Source: a virus
Strand: one strand, 5' to 3'
IMG/VR virus record: IMGVR_UViG_3300041964_000072
Coordinates: 1 to 64,000 of that record
Length of the DNA: 64,000 bases
A program made the position numbers and the translations under genes. The notes under the pieces were generated by a model that saw only the letters and a list, made by a program, of their open reading frames with translations, was not told the origin of the DNA and searched no databases. Of this stretch, positions 17,120-25,654 are shown one piece after another (the first letter of the stretch is position 1; every line of letters begins with the position of its first letter).

Positions 17120-18406
17120 TTGAGCGTTTTTATAGTTTTGAAGCGCTCAAACCTTACGAAATACAATCAAAGGCACAAAGATTGTTTAGGTACGATAAAG
17201 AAGGGAGATTGTCCCTATTACCCTTATTTTAGGCGACTATATATGCAAGAAGAATTAATACAGAGAATTACATCAATAGCTACAAGTAGGAGAGGTATTT
17301 ATTCTGGGATATCCAATGCAGGAGGTACAGGAAATTTCATATCTGTGACTCTAGATAATGGATTATCCGTAGAGGCACGCAATATTAATATAGAGACTCC
17401 AGGTGTTCCAGTAGGGGTAGTTTTTGATAGTGTCAAGAAGGAGTACATAGCTTTTTCTGTAGAGAATCCAAGCCAACTTATCAATCAAACCCCTATTATC
17501 TCCAGGCAGAGAAGGGGAGGAATGAAACTCGACAGGATTAATATTACGGCATCTTATATTGGGGATGTCGGAGAGTCCCCCATAAACTTTAATCTTGATG
17601 TATATCCCTTCTTCAGTGAAGAGACTAAAAGTAATTTTCCAGATCCATTATTTTCATTAGGGAATTATGAGGTTCCTTTGTCAACAGAATCCGCTCCATC
17701 CGTGATTAAGAAATACCCTTTAAAAAGGAGCATACCTAGCGACTATAGAATAGCTGGAAAACCAGGAGAAAACCCAAAGCAACATACTTATTACGCACTC
17801 TTTGGAGACAATGTTTATACAACAGACTATAAGAACTCCAGTCGTAACAGATCGATTTATTCCTTGGCTTGTACTCCTTACATTGCTTACAAAATCATTA
17901 CTAATGGAGAAGTACAAGTTACCTATGATTTTGCACCTGCATTTAATGCTCTTTCACGATGCAAGCGTTTCAAAGTGGATTTAAAAATCAAAAATCCCGA
18001 AGTCAAAAAAATCTATGACACTATTGCAAAAAAGTACACAATAATGTGGCGACTCATAGAACAAAGGGATCTTACCTTTTATGCCTATGGGTATATTGAT
18101 GAAGATGGAAAAGCATTCTTGCTTAATAATGTTAGTCCAGAAGAATTTAATTGGGAAACAAAAATATTTACAAGCACCTACGACTATGATGGTCACATGT
18201 GCGTAGATGTCGGTATAGTACGACGTAGCCCCAACAGTATTTTTAATTATGAGACTGTATTTGAGGTAGGTAGAAGCCTACAGGGGAATAGGGAACCATT
18301 TTATCTAAGAACCCTCTTGAAAACAGATCCCAGCCTAAATGCTGCTCTTGTTGATCGTGTTCTTAATGTAAATGGGGTAGTGGATCAATTCTTTTTGGGC
18401 TACTAA
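17120..18406 (+). CDS. Putative tail-associated protein, oriented opposite to the structural genes (likely start ATG 17243)
   Basis: N-terminus MQEELIQRI...VTLDNGLSVEARNINIETPGVPVGVV resembles OB-fold spike-type starts; the rest is beta-rich. Confidence 0.45.
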   Translation: MSVFIVLKRSNLTKYNQRHKDCLGTIKKGDCPYYPYFRRLYMQEELIQRITSIATSRRGIYSGISNAGGTGNFISVTLDNGLSVEARNINIETPGVPVGVVFDSVKKEYIAFSVENPSQLINQTPIISRQRRGGMKLDRINITASYIGDVGESPINFNLDVYPFFSEETKSNFPDPLFSLGNYEVPLSTESAPSVIKKYPLKRSIPSDYRIAGKPGENPKQHTYYALFGDNVYTTDYKNSSRNRSIYSLACTPYIAYKIITNGEVQVTYDFAPAFNALSRCKRFKVDLKIKNPEVKKIYDTIAKKYTIMWRLIEQRDLTFYAYGYIDEDGKAFLLNNVSPEEFNWETKIFTSTYDYDGHMCVDVGIVRRSPNSIFNYETVFEVGRSLQGNREPFYLRTLLKTDPSLNAALVDRVLNVNGVVDQFFLGY

Positions 18407-18410
18407 AAGT

Positions 18411-19115
18411 ATGCGCTTTACTCACATGCCTTTTGTATTTGATTTTAAGGGTAAGTCCTTTCTGGCAGGTTGTTCTTGTGAGGGTACACAGACAATCGAT
18501 CTTGTAGGCGTGGAATCCTTCGATCTATATCCCTGGAAGCTTTTCTTGAAAGACCTGGAATCTGATCAGATAGTATGCTTTTCGGAAATGCCCTTTGTCG
18601 TGGAATGTAGTCCCATCTATATGGATGGCTATCTTTCTTTTGCAGCAGGGGAAAACCAAGAAGATGACATCAGTTACGGTATTTATCAAATACCCCTAAC
18701 CGATTTTATACAACAAAAGACAGAGAATATTGTCAGAAGGCTTGATGCAAAGGTTGGATTTTATTTTCCGGGTACTTATGCAAAAGTGGTCAAGCACAAA
18801 AATTTCTTTATCAATGATGTGCTATACGCCTCCCCTTATCGGTTTATATATAGGATCGCTCCAGTACAGGAAAATATATACCTGATTACTGGAATGCGAG
18901 AAGGTACTTATGAAACAGTGGTTTTTGACGCTGATAAAGGACATGCAAGCTTAGCAATTCTCAATGAAGAAAGAGTAGATGTATACAAGTCATGTATATA
19001 CAAAAATGAGTTATTTTATACAATGAAACTTCCTGCGAAAACAGGGAGCGTCATTCAAAGGACTACTCGTTTCCATTACAAACCCGTCGATATTACATTC
19101 ACAAAATTATGCTGA
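18411..19115 (+). CDS. Hypothetical beta-rich protein
   Basis: 234-aa ORF in operon. Confidence 0.65.
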   Translation: MRFTHMPFVFDFKGKSFLAGCSCEGTQTIDLVGVESFDLYPWKLFLKDLESDQIVCFSEMPFVVECSPIYMDGYLSFAAGENQEDDISYGIYQIPLTDFIQQKTENIVRRLDAKVGFYFPGTYAKVVKHKNFFINDVLYASPYRFIYRIAPVQENIYLITGMREGTYETVVFDADKGHASLAILNEERVDVYKSCIYKNELFYTMKLPAKTGSVIQRTTRFHYKPVDITFTKLC

Positions 19116-19534
19116 TTGAAATCGCTTCCTTGCGAAACCTTTCCCAGTCCCTAGATACGGTTGATATCCTTTGCGATCGCTCCTACCTCTTAGGCAATCC
19201 TTTTGATCTCAGGCATGAAAAGGACAGAGATAAGGTGTGTGATGCGTTTGATGAGTGGTTAGAGACTAACCTCCGATACTACGACGGAGGCTTAAACAAG
19301 GTCGTCCCGCTCGATAAGTGGATAGAAGAGGGGATGATAATTGCCGCAACATTCAAAAACCCAAAACCTCAAGCAGTCTACAAGAAGCTTGAGGAGATAC
19401 TTTCTTATCTAATACAAGGCAAGAAAGTGCGGTTACTGTGCTGGTGTCACCCAAAGCGATGTCATACCTTATCAATAAAAAGGGTTCTAGAGTCAATGAT
19501 GGAAAAAGCAGTAACTAGAAAGCCACAGCCCTAA
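19109..19534 (+). CDS. DUF4326-family protein
   Basis: DILCDRSYLLGNPF...LLCWCHPKRCH signature. Confidence 0.8.
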   Translation: MLIEIASLRNLSQSLDTVDILCDRSYLLGNPFDLRHEKDRDKVCDAFDEWLETNLRYYDGGLNKVVPLDKWIEEGMIIAATFKNPKPQAVYKKLEEILSYLIQGKKVRLLCWCHPKRCHTLSIKRVLESMMEKAVTRKPQP

Positions 19535-20267
19535 TTTTACGAAGTGCTTTGTCCCAAGTGCAGCAGGTAATACGATGTTTAGCACTAGCGGCGTTGAATG
19601 CTAATAATCCAATACCAAAAAAATTAGCAGTTGGGATAGTAAATTTAAAACTGGACTTTCCGCTAGAAATATCCAAATCAATGATTCGGTTAATCCCTGC
19701 CCACGGTTCTGCTGCGGTCGTGGGAGGGCAGACAAAGGGCACTGACCAGTAATAAACCTTTAATGGTTGTGTTTTTACATTATCGTTGTTTAATGCCGTA
19801 CCCAAATCCACTTGAAATGTATACTCTTTCCCTGCCATATATTTGGGAAATTCAATAATTTTTCCTCCTGTACTGCAAATTCCACATCCTACGTTTTCGC
19901 TGAACGCCGATCGTCCAACCAAATGAGGTACGGTAATACTTTCTGAAACCTCTTCGCTATACAAGGTAACGCCTAGGTCAGCTACAATGTCTGGATTACC
20001 CGTAGCCAAGGCTTGTATGATAAGTGTGTCTCCTGCTCCAAGGGAACGCCCCCCTAGTGGGATTCGGTAGGGATTAGCGCCTAGGGGAATATCCTTAGCT
20101 AAAGAAAACACTTCCTTGTTAGGATCTTCTACCCAACAGTTAAAGACAACTGCATCAGCAGGATTTAACTTAACGACTGTTGCTTCAATTGCAAGGACAG
20201 GAAATTGAGTTGTATATACGGGCAAAACAAATCCGTCAAGATGTGATTTTATTGAAATGATAGCCAT
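19515..20267 (-). CDS. Putative virion/fibre-associated protein
   Basis: Beta-rich 250 aa, coupled to fibre genes. Confidence 0.5.
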   Translation of the reverse strand: MAIISIKSHLDGFVLPVYTTQFPVLAIEATVVKLNPADAVVFNCWVEDPNKEVFSLAKDIPLGANPYRIPLGGRSLGAGDTLIIQALATGNPDIVADLGVTLYSEEVSESITVPHLVGRSAFSENVGCGICSTGGKIIEFPKYMAGKEYTFQVDLGTALNNDNVKTQPLKVYYWSVPFVCPPTTAAEPWAGINRIIDLDISSGKSSFKFTIPTANFFGIGLLAFNAASAKHRITCCTWDKALRKIRAVAF

Positions 20268-21001
20268 TAGGGAATGTTATACCTTGCTTTTAGTTTATTA
20301 AAAATATTGTTTTGAACCGTTAAATTATGTGCAATATTAGCCGTAGTAAGTCCCCAAAACCTGCCTGTAAATCCATTTATCCCTGAAGGACTCCCAAGCG
20401 TTACAAGATCAGTATAGGCAGATGGGACTGCGGTTTGAGTTGCACCAGTTCTAAAACTACTTGCTGTACCATTAACCGCAATAGTGAGTGTAGTTCCGCT
20501 AAACATACCCATGATTATGCATTTTCTAGGCAAAGGCGTTATTGATCGCTGAACACTATGTACAGTAGGTGATATAAAATACCAGTGTTGACTATTAGTA
20601 ACTGCTGTAGTTCCCGTGATATTAAATCCAAAATTATTTGCACTACTTCCAATAATGATATCTCCATCCTTGTGATTTAACTGGCTATTGACTGCCATAA
20701 GTTCGACAACAAGATAAAAAGTGTATCCTGTTGTAGTAAAAAGATCCGAATATCTAGCAGTTGTTTGAAAAGAATCTTGAGGAGTAAATAATAGTGCATC
20801 AGTATCCGTGTCGTGATATGTTTGACCGGACAGAAAATCTAAATGCCTACCAAAGGTACTCTGATCAATGATGCGTGTAACAAGACCTCCGGGTGACTCA
20901 ACTACGGTCTTATCAGAAAATCCAAAAAAAGTACAATTAGGTACATCTGTAGGTCTAAGGTCTAGTACACCTGACATAATCCCTGCTGGAAAAGAAAACA
21001 T
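20267..21001 (-). CDS. LamG/concanavalin-like putative receptor-binding domain protein
   Basis: VTRIIDQSTFGRHL start and beta-sandwich pattern. Confidence 0.5.
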   Translation of the reverse strand: MFSFPAGIMSGVLDLRPTDVPNCTFFGFSDKTVVESPGGLVTRIIDQSTFGRHLDFLSGQTYHDTDTDALLFTPQDSFQTTARYSDLFTTTGYTFYLVVELMAVNSQLNHKDGDIIIGSSANNFGFNITGTTAVTNSQHWYFISPTVHSVQRSITPLPRKCIIMGMFSGTTLTIAVNGTASSFRTGATQTAVPSAYTDLVTLGSPSGINGFTGRFWGLTTANIAHNLTVQNNIFNKLKARYNIP

Positions 21002-23734
21002 TTAAACAAATCCTTTTTTGATACCACAGAAACACAATTTACCCCCATAAACAACAAAACTTAGTATGTCAAATCGAGACGCTGTTGTTGTCAAGATAGG
21101 TGCCCCATCCACACCAAAATTAAAGTGTGTACTAGAGTAAGTTACGAGACGACTGCCGCTAGTATCTTGTCTTATTAAAAACATGTACGTGCTACCAGCA
21201 ACAATATTGGACACTATATTGAGTTGTGTATTGCCAGCAAGTTGTATAAAAAAGGTGTTGGCTAAAGAGCCATCTATATTAATAGTTGCTGCATAAGGAA
21301 TATCGACTACCGATACTCCCTGATTTCCTTTAAATGTGTTGGGTCTATCCAATGGAGCAAGTGTATATTCAATCCCGTTATTTGGGAGTCGATAAAGTAT
21401 TGCAGCGTCTTTGTTCCTTACCGCTATCTGAGTACTGGTAGTATCTGTAGGAGTTGAGGTATTTTCTAAAATAATCCCACTAGCGCTATTGACTGTACCA
21501 GCAGCTCCCCTTAAATTTCCTTGTTTCACCCAAGCATTATTGATTTTAAGGAGGTAGTCACTGGATATAGAATCAATAGCAAAATCATTATCTACTCCAA
21601 GAGAAGGGGGAGGAGTACCCGGAGAACTATAAATTCTAGAACCATCTTCACCCTTCAATTGATTAGTAAAAGCCATTATTAAGGGAATCATATCCATCCC
21701 TTGATCTTCCACAATCCAACGTCCAGGTTCACTATTTGTTAGGTCACTGGGCTTGAAAACCGTTGTCCCATTATGTGTATTGCTCAAAAATTTGTTGTAG
21801 TGAACACTCTTGAGTATGGCATCAGGAAGCTGTAGTTTTCGCTCTGCTCCATGAGGGATAAGTGTTGACGGAGTATTGATTATGTTTTGAGGTGTTACAG
21901 GCGATTGCCAGTATTTTAGTCCCTCTACTAGCTCTGGAAGGGAGATAGCAAGCTCTGCGACACAACCCCTTGTTACCTGATGGCTGATATCAGTTACTTG
22001 CCGTCCGGTGTAGAAGTAACTCATGCAGATACGGTATCGGGATTGCTCCAGTGATCCGCCTACATCCGATACTATTCCCGGAAGCCCAGGCGCATACAAT
22101 CCAAATGGGACTGATGGAATGGTAGTAGTAACAATACCGTCTTCCCATCGTGCAATCTCGATTAATTGGGTAGTTCGGGGAATAACAGGGAAAGTGAATT
22201 TTCGTATTTGCCCATCCAATTGCCGCTGCACATAGACCACAGCTTCACTAGGGTTGAATGCACCTTTAGGGTTTCCAGCGATCGCATCATCATAATCGCT
22301 TCGGACTGTTCCTAATCCTATGTCACTGCATGGATGATTAAGGGTGACTCTTATCTGGGAGTTTGAGGGTACATCCAGGTAATTTGACCATTCCGATGCA
22401 GCGGACTCTCCCGCCAACGTGCCCACAATCGCACGTATCGCGCAGTCTGCTGGCACAGTATTCGCCAGCGACATAAAACAATTCCCGTCCTTATTGATCA
22501 ACAACCACTGGTTAGCAGTGTCAGGGGATAAGCCTGTAACCAGATCTGCTGGAAGGGATGGAAACTGGTAGTTCTGGATTATTCCACTTCCAGGTAACGC
22601 CAGGACGCTCAAGCCAGAATCAGCCACCACTCTCCGTAGGTCATCATCCGGAAGAATGATACCTTGCCCAAACAAAGACCCTACTGGGCTGTAGACTCCA
22701 GCGCTAGCAGTAAAATTGGGCAGTATGCTGACAAAAGCACCTTCTGGGATAAACCCTTCCACCTCCTCACCAAAAAAAGCAAGGGAAACTTGTACGGCAT
22801 AAGCCTCGTTGCGGTCTAGGTCATCTTCTAGGATAAGATTGGGAATCGCAGCATTATAAAGATATTGAATCCCTACGGAATCCATTGGAGTTCCATCACT
22901 TAGGCTTGTCCTCAGATCGCCTGTGATGGTATTTGCAAACCCTAGTGGCTTAAGTAAAATCTTGCGGTCAAACAGCTTGGATTTGTTTTGCTCACCCAGT
23001 AGTACGGTGATATCTACCCGTGTCCCTCGATTGACAATGTTGCCAGAGTCGCTTTTAAGCCAAAAAGTAATTGATTGGCTAGAAATACCATTTGGGTTGT
23101 AGCGAGGTATGATCGCGTCACTCGGATCAATAAGACTGCGAATATCCTGGGAGCAACCATCATCATCGAAAATAGAGGCGATGTACGTGCTGAACGTTCC
23201 CCTCGCTCTCCAGGTTCCAACAGAAGCGGCAATAACCAAACGGTTGTCGGGAGTGGATGAGTCGAAGCGATTATATTCATAAATTAGCCCAGTGCCAGAA
23301 AATCCCCTCAACATCCCATTGATGAGTTGATTAGTAGGGAAGGCGCTTACTACGGCTTCTGTTTGTAGTTGAAAATCCTCTGTAATATCCAGCGTCAAAG
23401 GAAATGCTATCGTTGTCCCATCGGATTGTTGGACAACAGGAATTGCTGCAATCTGCCTAAAAGTAGTCGGATCATTACTTCTTGAAAGACCGATTACATA
23501 TTCAATCCAGCCCTCAGCAGACCTAAGAGCAGAAGAGTTAATTGTAATCGTAACTTTCTGTCCAGAAGTAATTGTAATTGCATTATTAATTAATAATAGG
23601 TTTTTACCAATTCGGTTCTTACCTTGTATTGAAAAAAAATAAGTCCCTGCCGATAAATTTCCACCAGCGGAAGTGGTAATAGCCCAGTCTGAAGCATCTA
23701 ACCGTTCTCTACCAGAAGAGAACAGTAAAGGCAT
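21002..23734 (-). CDS. Tail fibre / large minor structural protein
   Basis: 910 aa; LRGAAG collagen-like stub; C-terminal NTFFIQLAGNT...LIRQDTSGSRLVTY fibre-type domain. Confidence 0.65.
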   Translation of the reverse strand: MPLLFSSGRERLDASDWAITTSAGGNLSAGTYFFSIQGKNRIGKNLLLINNAITITSGQKVTITINSSALRSAEGWIEYVIGLSRSNDPTTFRQIAAIPVVQQSDGTTIAFPLTLDITEDFQLQTEAVVSAFPTNQLINGMLRGFSGTGLIYEYNRFDSSTPDNRLVIAASVGTWRARGTFSTYIASIFDDDGCSQDIRSLIDPSDAIIPRYNPNGISSQSITFWLKSDSGNIVNRGTRVDITVLLGEQNKSKLFDRKILLKPLGFANTITGDLRTSLSDGTPMDSVGIQYLYNAAIPNLILEDDLDRNEAYAVQVSLAFFGEEVEGFIPEGAFVSILPNFTASAGVYSPVGSLFGQGIILPDDDLRRVVADSGLSVLALPGSGIIQNYQFPSLPADLVTGLSPDTANQWLLINKDGNCFMSLANTVPADCAIRAIVGTLAGESAASEWSNYLDVPSNSQIRVTLNHPCSDIGLGTVRSDYDDAIAGNPKGAFNPSEAVVYVQRQLDGQIRKFTFPVIPRTTQLIEIARWEDGIVTTTIPSVPFGLYAPGLPGIVSDVGGSLEQSRYRICMSYFYTGRQVTDISHQVTRGCVAELAISLPELVEGLKYWQSPVTPQNIINTPSTLIPHGAERKLQLPDAILKSVHYNKFLSNTHNGTTVFKPSDLTNSEPGRWIVEDQGMDMIPLIMAFTNQLKGEDGSRIYSSPGTPPPSLGVDNDFAIDSISSDYLLKINNAWVKQGNLRGAAGTVNSASGIILENTSTPTDTTSTQIAVRNKDAAILYRLPNNGIEYTLAPLDRPNTFKGNQGVSVVDIPYAATINIDGSLANTFFIQLAGNTQLNIVSNIVAGSTYMFLIRQDTSGSRLVTYSSTHFNFGVDGAPILTTTASRFDILSFVVYGGKLCFCGIKKGFV

Positions 23735-23743
23735 TGCTTAAAC

Positions 23744-23902
23744 TCAGCGACGAATAAGAGTAGTGCGATTTATAGTATTATTACTAGAGGAAGGTAATTG
23801 GAAACTAAAGTTATTTCCTTTTACTGTATTCCCTGAAACAGTGACTTCGTTAACATTGAGAATCCGGATGAGTCTCTGAAGAAGTTCTTCCTGAGATTGC
23901 AT
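23744..23902 (-). CDS. 52-aa micro-ORF resembling the N-terminus of 17243..18406
   Basis: MQSQEELLQRLIRILNVNEVTVSGNTVKGNNFSFQLPSSSNNTINRTTLIRR; AAGGAAAAGCT upstream. Confidence 0.5.
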   Translation of the reverse strand: MQSQEELLQRLIRILNVNEVTVSGNTVKGNNFSFQLPSSSNNTINRTTLIRR

Positions 23903-23934
23903 AGCTTTTCCTTTAATTATATCAAGAGGGTTTT

Positions 23935-24942
23935 ATGAATAAGAAAACAATAGATGATTTGCGATACGCTGTTATCGAAACATTACTTCCAAAAACACAA
24001 AAATCCCCCTATTTTAAATCTTGTGCAAGGAATCGTTATCGGCGGACTAAGAATTATGTTTCCTGGGATGTTTTAGCGCTATCCTTGGCAGGGCAAATTG
24101 TTGTCGCAGAGGAGATGGGAAGCAAATTAGTCTCGAAAGATCAGGTACTAGCATCTACTACAGTATGTGGTTGGATTTTTGCCCATGAAGAGGTTCCAAT
24201 ATACTGCTTAGAGCCAGAACTGTACAAAGCTTTTCAGGTTACAGACTTACCCGCTGATATCGGCAAACTGGAAAGAGTATTGCCCTATGGAGTAATCCTG
24301 CTTCCCAATGGATTGATGAAAAATCCCGATGGGTACGCAGTCGATTGGATTATGTTTGAGCATGTTCTCAAGGATGAGGTATTTGACCCTATCCGTTTAA
24401 AGAAATTCTCCATCTTGGGAGAGCCAGCGGAAGCAAATAAAATAAGAATGGTTACTGTATCACTAAATGGATGCGCTTATTCCAGCGTTGTCGAACTTAG
24501 TGATCAATTGAAATATGGTGATCTGACCATTGCCGATAGTGTATATCGAGCAGGGACGAACACGGATGTAGACTTAGAGCAGCGCTTTACCCGTAAACTA
24601 TCTAATTTAGTATTTCAATTCTTATTGTTCCTGGATGGGTATCCAGGGCATACCGATGTAGAGAGTAGTGAAAAAACTAAGGTAAATCTAAAAGCGAAGA
24701 CCGGGGGATTTGGAGGCGGCAAGAATGCTCCTGCTGAGTACCAGAAAATTCCGATCCGGGTAGGAGTCAACTTCCAAGCTCCATCGGCTCCAAAGAATAC
24801 CTACCAAGGGGGAACCCATGCATCGCCTAGGTGTCATTGGCGGATGGGACATACAAGGAAGATTCGAGTACCCAATGAAGGTACGATTAGAGAAGTCAAA
24901 GTTAGACCAGCAATGGTTAATAAGTGGAATGTAAAGGAGTAA
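23935..24942 (+). CDS. Phage hypothetical protein with C-terminal HWRxGH motif
   Basis: THASPRCHWRMGHTRKIR...VRPAMVN, a common phage C-terminal motif. Confidence 0.7.
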   Translation: MNKKTIDDLRYAVIETLLPKTQKSPYFKSCARNRYRRTKNYVSWDVLALSLAGQIVVAEEMGSKLVSKDQVLASTTVCGWIFAHEEVPIYCLEPELYKAFQVTDLPADIGKLERVLPYGVILLPNGLMKNPDGYAVDWIMFEHVLKDEVFDPIRLKKFSILGEPAEANKIRMVTVSLNGCAYSSVVELSDQLKYGDLTIADSVYRAGTNTDVDLEQRFTRKLSNLVFQFLLFLDGYPGHTDVESSEKTKVNLKAKTGGFGGGKNAPAEYQKIPIRVGVNFQAPSAPKNTYQGGTHASPRCHWRMGHTRKIRVPNEGTIREVKVRPAMVNKWNVKE

Positions 24943-24952
24943 AGATCCCCTG

Positions 24953-25315
24953 ATGAAATTCAACGAAGCTCCTACAACCCAGAACTTTCCAGATAAGCGT
25001 TGGGTGTCAGAGGAAGGTGTCTGGGAGATAGGTTTATATCCTATTGTCGGAGGGGAACGCCTTCGCCTTGGGAAGGTGGGCAATGGATGGCTCACAATCG
25101 ACTATCACACCGATGAGGACGATCCGGCAGGGGCGTTACTGTTGCTGTCACTGGTTACAGAAATTTTGAAATATTTTCCGGAAAGTTCCACGGAAAAAGA
25201 GATTGATGAGGTGTTCCCCAGCTACAGGTTGCAGAAGGAAGACCCCAAGAAATTCATGGAGGAATTGACTAATTTAGCGTCCGATATGATCAAGAGGAAT
25301 GGGGGGAGCTTGTGA
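24953..25315 (+). CDS. Hypothetical protein
   Basis: 120-aa ORF in operon. Confidence 0.65.
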   Translation: MKFNEAPTTQNFPDKRWVSEEGVWEIGLYPIVGGERLRLGKVGNGWLTIDYHTDEDDPAGALLLLSLVTEILKYFPESSTEKEIDEVFPSYRLQKEDPKKFMEELTNLASDMIKRNGGSL

Positions 25316-25648
25316 AATAGCATCCATGTATTCCACAATAGAGGGCTGAAGGAAGGGATTATATTTTATCAAGTACCAAGTAAGCTGTCCTTTGGGCAAG
25401 CTAAAAGCATCTTTGTACCAAAAACATTGCTCCGAAAAAAACTTTATGGAATAAAGTAGTGCTGTTAAATAGGTTTCTCTGCGACCTTTATCCCAGTAGG
25501 AATATGCCTGTCCTGCAAAGAATACACCTAAAAATGCATCTAATCCTCCTTTGATTGCATTGGAAAAGATGATCGCATCTATATATAGCAAGCAGAAATT
25601 TCCTAGGCTTGCGGACAATAAAAGTCCTATTACTAACCAATTTTTCAT
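25274..25648 (-). CDS. Membrane protein
   Basis: Two N-terminal hydrophobic helices; starts 6 nt after the tail hub gene. Confidence 0.55.
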   Translation of the reverse strand: MKNWLVIGLLLSASLGNFCLLYIDAIIFSNAIKGGLDAFLGVFFAGQAYSYWDKGRRETYLTALLYSIKFFSEQCFWYKDAFSLPKGQLTWYLIKYNPFLQPSIVEYMDAISQAPPIPLDHIGR

Positions 25649-25654
25649 AAAATC

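Noticed and set aside
17200-23935. Invertible tail-fibre cassette (Mu G-segment type)
   Set aside because: The similarity between the two ends is at protein level only; no nucleotide inverted repeats and no invertase in the window.
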